Source: a virus (Duplodnaviria > Caudoviricetes). Taken from it: DNA of 64,000 nucleotides. Positions 22,801 to 29,854 of the stretch are shown here, one piece after another. The translations under genes were made by a program, and so were the position numbers. Position 1 is the first letter of the stretch. The number at the start of each line of letters is the position of its first letter. The stretch covers positions 25,012-89,011 of the IMG/VR virus record IMGVR_UViG_3300000942_000002. The stretch is one strand, 5' to 3'. The notes beneath the pieces were generated by a model, which saw only the letters and a program-made list of their open reading frames with translations, did no database searches and was not told the origin of the DNA.

Positions 22801-23574
22801 AGATTTAGAGAGGGAGAAATTTTCTTAAATTTAGATAGAATAGAAAACAATTCAGATCTTGCAGTAACTTTTATGCATGAAGCAGTACATAGTTTAACCT
22901 CTCCTTATATTAATCAGTATTTAGATGAGTTTGGAGAGTTAACTGGAAACGCTCCTAGTGAATTAATTGGTTTAAATAATGTTCTTAACGAGTACAAAAA
23001 TAAATTAAAAGCTAAAGATGTCGATAAATATGTTAACTTTGCAAATAAGTGGGCCAAGTATAAAAAGGACTTAAGTTCTAATATACCTAGCAACATAGAG
23101 TTTACTCAAGAAGAAATAGGTATTTACTATCCTACAGTAAACTTAAAAGAATTTGTAGCTACTGCTCTAGGAAACAATAAAGAATTTAAAGCTGTAGCTG
23201 GCGACATGCAATATTTAGAAACTAAGGGGTCTATTCTTAGAAAATTTGGACATTTTATCTCTCAATTAATAAAGAGAATAGGAAAAACTGAAGGAATTAA
23301 AGAAGACTCTATAGCTTTACAAGCTATTGCAAGAAGTTTAGATTTAGTGGAAATAGCTTCTAAAACTAAGAAGCAGGAACAGACTCCTGTAGAAGAAGCT
23401 CCTCAAATGTCAAAAGAAGAAGTGGAACAATTGAATAAACAATATCAAAATGAACCAGGACTTTTTGAAGACACTTCTGGAGATAACTTAGACTTAGAAG
23501 GCCCTTATAAAGGTACAGATCCATCAACATCTTTACTACCTTTGATGAAGATAACAAAAAACAAATGTAAATAA
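10861..23574 (+). CDS. Giant virion RNA polymerase (single-chain two-barrel, phi14:2 gp66-like) with a C-terminal zincin domain
   Basis: 4237 aa. The catalytic loop GQDFDID has DFDID at nt 20062-20076 (residue 3068 on) and is preceded by RIPTSSHG. HEAVH lies at nt 22876-22890 with a downstream NLKEF. Confidence 0.9.
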   Translation: MDEFQIKVLEANGYSYVDGGIVDAEGNYISSVELNGELYNSESDQDLWNRGQALERKYSEPVDPYKNLKEFEKDPLNTVLTEEDRNFYPLYSEEQEENDIPTYDNVDIFQKEMEDKAIQESDNTYFEMLRQFQEAGHDNITDEFINENKRNESVIKKYQNSDKDVDTIMQDILDEGPVPHTPDPNDNAVIAYLKDPNRNVFTRMGDWMWERIYSGIAHVTPTGVGMDGTEEEIQEYKDAVTKRKELQTPVLEIVDSMHEQKQKVLQDQWDNMSFAEKYNPFDRENRLVEYGLGEVNAERDRIKDYVEGSHIYNPLNKDFLGDFATLGIGDAYDMYFYNSYLHDKINKGEELTEKEQLVAETLAGIHQSKGVKMDQKGLYNITAGTFESASFLLGGAPGRLALRGTTKAITRNVAKSLSGAGMSTGTANVFGKVAGETVNMFGQAVLHPDAHVKALNKYYGDIQFDKNDKGEIELTTDRRTYKTLMDEVEINRNRIEDALAKETDPEKIAQLKTQLNKIEDYSDSIKAPETVFDSAAYGLTEVLKENVIENYGGQLANKVVNNRFTKKLATKPWAQSIANSGVAQNIKKANNLFGSVKNKFNTLTGNKGSKLVGNNLEEMAEEVMTQLVPVWGETEEEAKQRKGELLEGSFYGQVAGQTLLMGGLMKALYSPLSGYQAYQKSKNLRDKRKAFKDMISDFNKENISDSQVEELLMSAGEGNFSIQEFDNKIAKLRDKGQHDKANELERNKVFNIGKSLVSIGRGKEFVRNMNNVISSGNVTPESIASIQEAVQEVKVLEADMKDHGNLKNRDYVLELKSKLRYNQKQKENLEKRKSELNGQEQSQERDAEVDAIDLALKDINNHEGQLKKAINHETSSKMVDKLRKEEEVTNSIIKEYRKLVKENDATDSSALRDKAIENTKQKYGKTISNGTYSKSIKDVDRYLLKETLREEIALEQKESKIEAQIEEVTPEKEETQKHVEEIGQNVDQVTELAEQQEISFQAPDNKKGVDDLDYAGPAFDPDVETDSFEDIDDAFFDDMPVQKDGSFENQAFNNLVETVKNRVNLIEKRDKTKPSFKDYVEDLIDNGDVPIENFRGHMRALALAWSGAKLGKTNWRQLYNELFEDTQAVLNRKENQNTSEAIKTPQIEEVQERSEEQVTNKNSLSEPIKYEETSGAPVHVTPNSNKTYGTEHKLNFSAIEYNEVIENVNGKKVFRKINSPIPKLNENSGVSFKDLVNPNKNNIGDKLFPEVLDGEDLANTSVAVRDKYGRQTGTITFAEWVEGARPEGMSFEAFQQTREYKDKVPMVYRDSQGTAVAYVPEVEWFSVTSVGDSTKDVDEVDLDNPSESLRKDIQQNREQASNLREEVINGTIEEVEIIDNLSFPPLQKIAKSDDNGVPIPTKSLSEVAPDSQIVWMKASGTIVDMNGRTIEMENILNLGDESEGFLMTKVIEEDGIKKKLPINRNRTHYLVHTATISGVKKYIALNVQRKNENGLDSAYSEDIETARWIAAINNVTKFHDTNSGSEILTNSSHPLHMSLEQAEDLRRQIKEVTGTDVKSKYTDLIEALIAYQTPDKDGQVGQKITFGSELSKILRAYNKDTGKFKNADINFRQNTSLRMLNKPMIKIAKTENGFVVEKIADSYDQHLKNRLSTNVMGYNVGTKENPVYTIAVQQKVKIRPLSTKKETLEEKVEENKQDTQVQEKVVEVETIETPGELTEDQKQKRKQLVEEATALAKELNLDIRGIKEIDDLIASELTTTENVDNSILITEGLTIKQEEDIIKWLFSKLANKETNFQEVKEDLNKEFSSKADKLATSISNLNEFKDNEVVDNLITTLESALSQIENALENSDSLLAEASMRAVNTSFITDEFEVDEINENIKDFSKASNENKPIDKVGTALKRIFAQVTDGSTGFMGLDTYASFKQMYDTVSLALSSDSNLEPNFNEMIALLRKRENSTPWMKPLIERLEQADDQVKNQFVYNTYKQKVYAKFATLTFDNDGGVNSNIYDSNSNEAKRAVVDRWRENFKRAPINKEGKIDTKVLNKVVEEWNSWFDSGTSNQSDTTYKNWLSNFGIELSDSTFTALRNGELNISEGGGKLKKARFKDLFEGLTGSSSKNRTGLLFTNLMKYSLMNKDKQEVEFYDNIKNHPFEDMNTILSQLAELEVKYNPSYGSTSRYISGKSVTEIESFNYFYEQFKKLKSSSLSEDKAYLKDLENLSFSQDSFLLKMLKEDDVFANQFGHGLVDLMSLKELYKKSPMFAGIDELSSIDYMFAQRAMFQNRNQGAEKEVIGLPFEVRMAHMNTLTNSDKGRMMLLKTAVFDFYKQSEAAFEINEEGDIKFKEDLNNLLYDNLVVPELRRMVNFITNVKNTNIKGYDKGAVRFNLIPGINTLTDKKGRSVSELISVIEGKSQEEIMENVKEIFGADISTFIQDNVIKEALDNVKDLNQFNSKIDGFNNAEYLKQRKGTVDENMKIAELDFILNSMLTNMNYMQLMTGDPALYYKSKGDVKSKDLKAQTKISQQLAINLGKRMASMIAPGSVLADSNNNSYLQVFLEDVNGVADNILDIVEWHYSKKELNEKHGNGLTYKEMFESSKKGNREFIDLLSERFERVAEFIDIESTDAQEYTTLNEHIYVMLKQGRISEDKYKTIQDKIKKEEDLTKEELDLVLQPIKPVYTGTIYDSEQDVNRMMYIKSSSFPLIPQLTKGRKLDDLRKNMEEVEKVYSTTVRASYQTANKVGALTSENTIKDFSQPIVDNNIIKLERAHFKIQQDVPFKSKKVQDDTVSMGTQIFKLLMGDGIMDIDGFEFEGQEYNGKELQNKFHEIFKDMVSLKRDKFLDSLGLNADMSAKDPKETIKKLQKLLIKEAKSRGFSKQDLKILSLVDNGQGEMTFKLPLWLTGNSNKYESMLNALINNKIFKQKLPGNKFVTGSEAGFDVSETTEGIDESRIIHVGDFEGGVLQSTRKQDKSISKAQILVPSKFKLNGELINLFEEFNGEEGLYIQKVDGIVRIKEDMFDKNLLEQFVFRIPTSSHGLGSSVEVVGFLPPESGDLIITPKGFIAQMGQDFDIDSLTAYQYNHVVMQDGAVKELTEENKEAYLTEVSNRINYLEQLVKEDKLDIYNNLLSSIPGLNLEDLNKEDILEELAIAKKSISKEFDLKLLENKFIKVHNSVYSNEKSQKHINKVLSMVFAEKQADEIESLTENTSNTFNILSPKYQMIKMNAGSTGQDAIGIYAKGVTLHSLVQQAKSSGTKVGLGTKDQSKQIRIGNLVSDGSLGNMLAIPSKNQVFKGLTRRISTILDERTNTGTDNEKAQILGRTGLNHKDAIAVDNLLSLLGFDAEYTQITKEDFDKDKAFHRSTNIDGKEVYYTEHSVPYLLHSQPIVKEFFSIINDKESITTEFSARAKQEAINELLSKYGKKEQDVYKGKLGIWQRKGDKDIFVSEQDNTKFNAQMLQNQIVLNSQADKNSQLEILAIYLDLIDEAKKVKTMMQHVDLNNLGKSMWESGTKAKDFKEFFTNLDSVGITGAEALVGDITERGETLEEGQIDLGDGLVLTPTTNQGVMVGTALSLSESLFTNLFPAKNKYINSIIENIFKEGNLNTDNSFAVIKAKEQVFQEIKKYLTSAEGLGIFNKSTKEVREDLYLDRFNENHLSLSSYVGNLFNSESNEYANGLRKVKNNLFLNNLKYNVGENGKPSLITFNNQESFEANQEAIYSSFKELISEDLSLPRKNGEFFSTRLLAQELIAYSYSSGGIVQGALEFHKFLPIEYLDDMTYKNKKGQDIPISARLRSYNTFNRVEGNQNILGRFTRQYFQNNPESLVQMEMKEVTLGNEVKIYTPKENTSLAYIANKVKTKSKLKQDRWKIFEKIEGEKYYKEIDVLGETGMAEYEFGVEELTSNLGKDKTPVTKISSLELDTINDENLGIIPKNGSEVSSFLKAIATGEYGDYSNIKDIAQYLVNFVPEGKTFNYKEGNFKGRFREGEIFLNLDRIENNSDLAVTFMHEAVHSLTSPYINQYLDEFGELTGNAPSELIGLNNVLNEYKNKLKAKDVDKYVNFANKWAKYKKDLSSNIPSNIEFTQEEIGIYYPTVNLKEFVATALGNNKEFKAVAGDMQYLETKGSILRKFGHFISQLIKRIGKTEGIKEDSIALQAIARSLDLVEIASKTKKQEQTPVEEAPQMSKEEVEQLNKQYQNEPGLFEDTSGDNLDLEGPYKGTDPSTSLLPLMKITKNKCK

Positions 23575-23575
23575 T

Positions 23576-26500
23576 ATGGCAAGATGTAAAGAGCAAGAAT
23601 TAGAAGTGACTCAACTGGTTGAAGATAAAATTCAAGAAGCAGTTGAGTTTCTTTCTAATAAATCTTTGAAAGAAGCTATAACTTTAGCCCAAAGAATAAA
23701 CAATAATCAATTTTTTGGTAGCCCGGTTATAACAGTTTCTTCAAACACTACAAGTAGAGAAGACGGTATCCCAGAAGTGTCTTTTTCTCAAGAAGCAAAA
23801 TTAGAGGCTATTAATGCAAAAATAGTTAAAGATAATGAATTACAATTAGATGAAAGAGTTCAGGAATTGATTGCAGGTAATAATTATTTCTTTGATGATC
23901 TTCCTGCTCAATCTGAAATCTATGATGAATTTGATTATTCATCTGTGATTAGTAATAAAATGCTTCTGAAGGAAAAGCTTGAAAAGCAAAGAGACCTATT
24001 AAAAAATAAGGGAAAAAGTAAGGAACAGTTAGAACAGATCGAATATCTTAACGAGACTATACGTAAACTGTATATTGATATCACAAAACTTCAAAGAGGA
24101 GAAGAATCTTTAGATCACTACTTAAAAAGTGTAGAAAAAGATATAAATAATGTGGAAGAATTGCTTAAAAACCCCACCCTAGACAATATCCAGGCTATAA
24201 ATAATTATCTTGAGGTACTTTCATTACTTACTGATGAAGGACCAGGAGGCTTTTTAAAAGAGCCTCTTTCAGATATTAAAGATAAAGAAAGTGAAATATG
24301 GCAAAAACTTGCTGATGTTCATTCAAAAATAGGTATTCTTAAATCAGAAACAGATACAAAAATCAAATTGATTATAAAGGATACTATTAAATTTCATTTA
24401 GAACAAAAAGAAGAGAATTCTAACTGGGATCAAGAGCAATTAGAAAATGAAGTGGAAAGACTCTATGAGAACCAGATCACAGAAAGTATAGGAAAAATGA
24501 GTTGGCTTAAATCTCAAGTTACTATGTTAGATGATCAGGAAGAGAGAAATGTATTAGTATCTGTTCTCTATAAAGTGTACACTGATGCTTTGGCCACAAA
24601 TAATAACAAGGAAAAAAGAAAGCAGCTTTCAAATATTAAAGATAAAACCTTAAGAGAATTAAAAAGATTAGGAAAAACAACTGGATCCGGATTTAATAAA
24701 AGGCCAGATCAATCTGTTTTCCTAAGAAAATCAGAAACTTCTCATCAGTTGATTGGTAAATTTTCTGAGAATTGGGTAAACTTTAAAAGAAAAGCTGAAT
24801 CAGATCAGAGTAAAATCTCTAAAATTTTGTATAAAGGGGATAAAAGCCAACAGGAAATAAAAGATATTCAGAAACAATTTGACACTTTGAATGATAATGT
24901 TGATTTCTTAGATGTGACCCGGGTACCAGAAATTATAGAAGATGGGGATTTTAGTCATTACTCTTCTTCTTTTATGTCAAAAGAAGATGCAAATACATAC
25001 CGTAAAGAATTAGTTTCTAAAATTGGAGAAAGAGAATATAATAAACTTGTAGAACAACAGAAGCAAAATATTTATTCTTATCAAATTTTTAAATCAGTGA
25101 GAGAAGCTCGTTTAAGAGATAAGCATGATTTAACTTCAGAGCAAAATATTCAAGATAATATTCCAGAAAAAGAATGGAATTCTCATCTTCATTTTTTATA
25201 TTCAAAATCTCCTTTTATTTTCTCTGAAAATTACAGAAATAAAGGAAATAATACTATTACAAAGCCCTACTATGTTTCAGGTAAAAAATATCTTTCTGAA
25301 AATACTCCTGCTGATTTGGAATTTATATCATATAGTCCAAAGAAACCTGAACATTTTGATTCTAATTTTACCGAAATAGAGAATAATAAAGTTCTTAATG
25401 AGGCTTGGAATTATATGGCAGATCTTGTAGAGTATAACAATAATAATGGTTTTAACCAAAATCCAGATAATCTTACAGAATATAGTCTTGCCAGTCAAGA
25501 AAAAAGAGTAAAATCTTTTCCTTTGAGAATGTTAGGTTTACTCTCTCGAAAAACTTTAGATACTATCCACAATGCTTTAACTGTAGATAGATACAAAAAT
25601 CCAGATAAAGAATACAATGTTGCTGGGCAAATTTCAAATGTCGATCAAGAAATTGAAAGACTCTATAATGCAATGATCAAGAAATATAGAGAACCTTCAA
25701 ATGACACTAAATCAGAAGTACTGGCCCAAGCAAAAAAAGTAGTTATGGCTAGACAAGATACTGATCTTATTGATAACATATTGGCCTCAACTGAAATTAC
25801 TGAGACTTTTAAAGCAAAAAGAGAAATTGAAAATAAAGTTAATTTCATTAGAAAACATATAGAGGAACAAACAGACAGAAAAAGATACAAAGATCTTGTT
25901 AACTTTTTTGCTGATAAAGAATTATATCAAATAAACAACAGAGCTAATTTTAATAGAGTAGGAAAAGGTTTTAATTTTTCAGATTTAAAAGGAGCAGCTT
26001 GGACAAGATTTTATACACAAAAAGAAAGAGAAGTTAGAGATGCTTCAAAAGAATCTCTTAAAGCTTTGAAACAACATTTAAAAGAGGCAACTACTCAAGA
26101 AGAAAAGAATAGTATTAATCGAGAAATAAAGGCTATCGAAGATTTTCTAGATAGTGGAGGTAAAGTTGTTACACCTGGTTCTTTGATAGAAGGGTGGGTT
26201 ATAAAACTTTCCCGAGTAGCTGCATTCTCCTTAAACTTTTCTGCACAGATCACGAATAAGGCTATTGCATCTTTAAATGCTTGGGAAGTAGATGGAAGAT
26301 TAGGTTTCTGGCAACCTGGAGTTTACCATGATGCTATGTCTTTTTCTAGAAAATGGAAAGGAGCTCTAGGTAATAAAGAAACAAAAGAGCAAATTAAAGT
26401 TGGAGAGCTTTTACTTCAGAGACTCCAATTATTTCAGAATAGTTCAAATGAAATATTTAAGTTAGAGAAATCAAGAGCTGCTACTACTTTAGGAGCTATT

Positions 26501-28048
26501 CTTGAAAATCCTATGAACTTTGTTAGTGAGGTAGAGAAAACTATTCAAAGACCACAAATATTTGCTTTAATTTCAGAAATAAAAATGAAAGATAAAGAAA
26601 GTAATGAAGTCCCTATGTTTGACCCAAAAGCTAGATCTTTCCCGGCTTTTAAAACAGTGGATGGAAACCTAGAACTAAGAGAAGAATTTGATACTCCAGA
26701 AAACAGAGAAACTTTCTTAACCAACACTTCTCAAGAGTATGCAAATCTATTTGGAGATGGAGGTAGGATACCAAAAGCAATTGCATATATTAATGGTGAC
26801 TATCGAAATACTAGTACTTATTTGTTTGAGAAAAACACCTTAACAGCAATTATGATGCTCTTTAAAAGATGGTCTGTAATGACAGTAAGTAAAAAATTTG
26901 GTGTTCTCAAAAGATTAGGAGAAAATGAACATTCCGGATTAGGAAATACTGCTTTAGCTTTAAAAGCAGGAGCATATTCTTTTGCAACTGGAGCTTTATT
27001 TGGTCCAGTAGGTATGGCTTCAAGTTTAGCTCTATACACAACTTATCATGGATATAAAAGTGTCAGAAGAGAGATGAAAGATGATGTAGGATTTATTAAA
27101 GCAGCTCAAAGAGCTTTAGTAAATGCTAGAATTGTTCCAACTAGAGCTGGTTTTGAAAGAAATATCAGATTAAGTTTAGCCACTAGTGCACAAGCTTTAT
27201 CTATGGTAATTGACCCTTTAACTAAAAAACAATATATCAATAGTGAGCATATCAAAAGAATTATAAAAGTTAAAGATAAAAAGAAAGATGGAGAAGAATT
27301 TACTCCAGAAGAAATTCGAGAAATCAAAGAAGACATCTACTTCTTAACTACTTCTGTAGCTGCTACTCTTAAATTTTTAGCTCTTAGATATTTAGTAATG
27401 ATGGCTCTTTATCCAGACGGAGAAGAAGAGGAAGAATATAAAGAAAAAGTAAAAGAAGGACAAAAATTCTGGACTAGAGTGGCCTCAGATCCGGATACAG
27501 CAATGTACTATACACTAGAAAATATGTTGTCTGGCTTCATTGATGATAGTAATATGCTAGTTAATCTTGAAGGTCTTCAAAGAATGGGAGACCTTCAAGG
27601 AGATAAGTATGGTACTTATGTTAAGGATATTGAAAAGATGATCAAGGGAGATGGAGATTTAAAGTCTGGTCCTAATCAAGGAGAAAATGCTTTGAAAGTA
27701 CACTTACTTAGATACAACACTCCTTCTGTATTAAAAGATGGTGTATCATTAGGTTTTGGATCCAAATCAAGAAGAGACTTTGACACTCGTAATTTCATTG
27801 ACCAGGTAAAAAGACCTGAAATAGAAAAGATTAATGAGGCTAGAAAAGAAGCTTATAGAGCTGAGAAAAAAGAAATGATGGAAAGTAAAAAACTAGCAAA
27901 AATGCCTAAGAAGGCCAGAAAGAAATACGTAAATTCCTTCTTAGCTAAAAAATACCCTGTGATTAAAGATATTCATATGGATAAAAAAGGTAAAGTAAGA
28001 AAAGTATATAGACCACTATATAAACATTACTGGGATGATTCACGGTAA
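23576..28048 (+). CDS. Large virion cargo/ejection protein
   Basis: 1490 aa, helical, with hydrophobic Gly/Ala segments (ALALKAGAYSFATGALFGPVGMASSLAL). Last gene of the virion block, directly after the vRNAP. Confidence 0.55.
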   Translation: MARCKEQELEVTQLVEDKIQEAVEFLSNKSLKEAITLAQRINNNQFFGSPVITVSSNTTSREDGIPEVSFSQEAKLEAINAKIVKDNELQLDERVQELIAGNNYFFDDLPAQSEIYDEFDYSSVISNKMLLKEKLEKQRDLLKNKGKSKEQLEQIEYLNETIRKLYIDITKLQRGEESLDHYLKSVEKDINNVEELLKNPTLDNIQAINNYLEVLSLLTDEGPGGFLKEPLSDIKDKESEIWQKLADVHSKIGILKSETDTKIKLIIKDTIKFHLEQKEENSNWDQEQLENEVERLYENQITESIGKMSWLKSQVTMLDDQEERNVLVSVLYKVYTDALATNNNKEKRKQLSNIKDKTLRELKRLGKTTGSGFNKRPDQSVFLRKSETSHQLIGKFSENWVNFKRKAESDQSKISKILYKGDKSQQEIKDIQKQFDTLNDNVDFLDVTRVPEIIEDGDFSHYSSSFMSKEDANTYRKELVSKIGEREYNKLVEQQKQNIYSYQIFKSVREARLRDKHDLTSEQNIQDNIPEKEWNSHLHFLYSKSPFIFSENYRNKGNNTITKPYYVSGKKYLSENTPADLEFISYSPKKPEHFDSNFTEIENNKVLNEAWNYMADLVEYNNNNGFNQNPDNLTEYSLASQEKRVKSFPLRMLGLLSRKTLDTIHNALTVDRYKNPDKEYNVAGQISNVDQEIERLYNAMIKKYREPSNDTKSEVLAQAKKVVMARQDTDLIDNILASTEITETFKAKREIENKVNFIRKHIEEQTDRKRYKDLVNFFADKELYQINNRANFNRVGKGFNFSDLKGAAWTRFYTQKEREVRDASKESLKALKQHLKEATTQEEKNSINREIKAIEDFLDSGGKVVTPGSLIEGWVIKLSRVAAFSLNFSAQITNKAIASLNAWEVDGRLGFWQPGVYHDAMSFSRKWKGALGNKETKEQIKVGELLLQRLQLFQNSSNEIFKLEKSRAATTLGAILENPMNFVSEVEKTIQRPQIFALISEIKMKDKESNEVPMFDPKARSFPAFKTVDGNLELREEFDTPENRETFLTNTSQEYANLFGDGGRIPKAIAYINGDYRNTSTYLFEKNTLTAIMMLFKRWSVMTVSKKFGVLKRLGENEHSGLGNTALALKAGAYSFATGALFGPVGMASSLALYTTYHGYKSVRREMKDDVGFIKAAQRALVNARIVPTRAGFERNIRLSLATSAQALSMVIDPLTKKQYINSEHIKRIIKVKDKKKDGEEFTPEEIREIKEDIYFLTTSVAATLKFLALRYLVMMALYPDGEEEEEYKEKVKEGQKFWTRVASDPDTAMYYTLENMLSGFIDDSNMLVNLEGLQRMGDLQGDKYGTYVKDIEKMIKGDGDLKSGPNQGENALKVHLLRYNTPSVLKDGVSLGFGSKSRRDFDTRNFIDQVKRPEIEKINEARKEAYRAEKKEMMESKKLAKMPKKARKKYVNSFLAKKYPVIKDIHMDKKGKVRKVYRPLYKHYWDDSR

Positions 28049-28057
28049 GATAAATAA

Positions 28058-28083
28058 AAAAGGGAGCCTAATTGCTCCCTTTT
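28058..28083. terminator. Bidirectional intrinsic terminator at the convergence of the two gene blocks
   Basis: AAAAGGGAGC-ctaatt-GCTCCCTTTT is a perfect 10-bp inverted repeat with A and T tracts on its ends. It lies between the + strand stop at 28048 and a - strand stop at 28087. Confidence 0.85.
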
Positions 28084-28086
28084 CCT

Positions 28087-28361
28087 TTATAATGTTGTTT
28101 CTGCTTCTCCGTGTTCTCTAATTCTACCTAACTCCATTCCTAGCCACATTCTTGCTTCAGTTAAGTTAGTATAAATATTAGACAAACATAAGTTTGTATG
28201 AACTATTTGTTTTGGCTCTAAGTTATGTTCATTTTCTTGTAATCTTTGGCCATCTGTAATTGTGTACTGGTCTTAGCTAAAGCAGTTTCTCTACTTGATC
28301 TAATTTCATCAAAGGTATTAGCTAAAACTATCATACCTCTTCTTAATTCTTTGAAATTCAT
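28087..28361 (-). pseudogene. Small frameshifted gene, helical hairpin protein reminiscent of Tad1/Acb2-type sponge motifs
   Basis: The ATG at 28361 overlaps the upstream stop (TAATG) and gives 47 aa (...SSRETALAKTSTQLQMAK..., stop 28218). A -1 frame without a start (28272-28087, 61 aa) ends ...YTNLTEARMWLGMELGRIRE. Confidence 0.45.
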
Positions 28362-28858
28362 TATAAATTGTTGATTATTAAATTTTTAATTTTTTTGCAG
28401 TTTGGATGATCATTTGGGTGTTTTTCCCAGGCACATCCTTTTAGCTTTGATAAACCTCGTTTTTTAGCAATAAGAACTCTGTGATATCCATCAACTAAAT
28501 GATTTTCAATCTCCATTTCTGGGCTTTCATGAAAATATCCATCATCAAGAGGAACAGCTCCAATATATTCGTGTTCCATTTTTACAACACTGATTATACC
28601 AAAGTCTTCCAAACCTTCATAGGATTTAAGTTCCTCTTTGCATTTCTTAATTCTGGATTCTGACATCTCTAGACTTTGTACCCAGAATTCTTCCATAGTT
28701 AAATCCCATTCTTCAAGTTTGAAAAGCATTCCAAACCATTCTTGAAAGTTGTCTTCATATTGAAAATTAATAGCTTCCTCACAGTCTGGGAAAATCTCAA
28801 TAAGTAAAGGCTTTATTTGATCCTTTACCTTTATTAAGGTATTTACAATATTTGCCAT
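28361..28858 (-). CDS. ParB/sulfiredoxin-like domain protein
   Basis: HLVDGYHRV is the ParB-N DGxHR motif; no HTH or dimerisation part is evident. Confidence 0.55.
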   Translation of the reverse strand: MANIVNTLIKVKDQIKPLLIEIFPDCEEAINFQYEDNFQEWFGMLFKLEEWDLTMEEFWVQSLEMSESRIKKCKEELKSYEGLEDFGIISVVKMEHEYIGAVPLDDGYFHESPEMEIENHLVDGYHRVLIAKKRGLSKLKGCAWEKHPNDHPNCKKIKNLIINNL

Positions 28859-28859
28859 G

Positions 28860-29600
28860 TTAAAATTCTTTGAGTTTATAAGTTATACCAATTCCTGCTT
28901 GCCATCCCAACTTAACATCAGATCCTATTACAGTTGCTCCATATCCAACATAAGGCCCAACTACAAATCTTTTGTAATCATCTTTTACATTGTATATACG
29001 CATTTCTTTGATATTTGAATTTGGGTTTGCATCCTTGGCCACAGCAAAACTTTTTGGTCTTTTAAATAACCCTTGACTTTCAGATCCCATTACTAAACTC
29101 ATACTATGAAAAGTTTTTAATTGGACTTTTGTTGTGTCAATTGAAGCTATAGTTTTTATATCAAACCATTTACTCTTGATATTGGAACTATAGATAGGGT
29201 TTTTTAAAGAGTCTTTAGCTACTCTGGTAACCCCAGATGTATCAATTGTAGTTTCTGACCGGATTATACCAGCAGCACCTTTATGATCTCTAAAATAGCT
29301 TCTATTTTCTTTTACCAATTGTTGTAATTCTTGGATTGTACTATCTTGACTTTTAAAAGCTAAGAAAGTCTCTTTCTTCTCAGTTTCTAGAACTTGAATT
29401 TTTGCTACATTTTCTCCATCTTTGTTTTTCCAAACTTGAAGTTCACTGTTAGCAGCCTCTATAAGAGTTTCCTGTTCTATACGAGAATCTTTTTCTCCAA
29501 AATACATTCTCAACATTATGAAAAAAGCAATAATTAAAACGGCACTCTTTAATGTACTAAAGAGTGAATAGGATCCAAAATTAATCTGTCTGTCTTTCAT
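28860..29600 (-). CDS. Putative spanin-like membrane protein of Bacteroidota phages
   Basis: N-terminal TM helix (SAVLIIAFFIMLRMYF), coiled coil, and a C-terminal amphipathic beta-hairpin (GPYVGYG...WQAGIGITYKL). Confidence 0.5.
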   Translation of the reverse strand: MKDRQINFGSYSLFSTLKSAVLIIAFFIMLRMYFGEKDSRIEQETLIEAANSELQVWKNKDGENVAKIQVLETEKKETFLAFKSQDSTIQELQQLVKENRSYFRDHKGAAGIIRSETTIDTSGVTRVAKDSLKNPIYSSNIKSKWFDIKTIASIDTTKVQLKTFHSMSLVMGSESQGLFKRPKSFAVAKDANPNSNIKEMRIYNVKDDYKRFVVGPYVGYGATVIGSDVKLGWQAGIGITYKLKEF

Positions 29601-29616
29601 AATGTTGAATTTTTGT

Positions 29617-29853
29617 TTAGTTGTCTAAAAATTTAATAATTTGATTATCAGTAAAACTACTAGAAAAATCAATTGTATTACCTTTAGCATCTATCAAAGA
29701 TACCAAATTGCTTTTTGTGTCAATTTTTACTTGCTTTCCACTATAAGGTTCTGTGAAATAATTCAAATTTGTTTCTCCTATGTCATGAAAAGTTAGGCCT
29801 GCACCTAATAAATAGTCTTTTAATTCTTGATTTGCTCTATAAAATTTTCCCAT
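29617..29853 (-). CDS. Hypothetical protein
   Basis: 78-aa ORF tightly packed in the minus-strand operon. Confidence 0.6.
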   Translation of the reverse strand: MGKFYRANQELKDYLLGAGLTFHDIGETNLNYFTEPYSGKQVKIDTKSNLVSLIDAKGNTIDFSSSFTDNQIIKFLDN

Positions 29854-29854
29854 T

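Noticed and set aside
28183-28196. Overlapping TAnnTTTG promoter-like motifs on both strands
   Set aside because: They lie inside the degenerate ORF at the operon end with no gene to drive; such octamers occur often by chance in AT-rich DNA.
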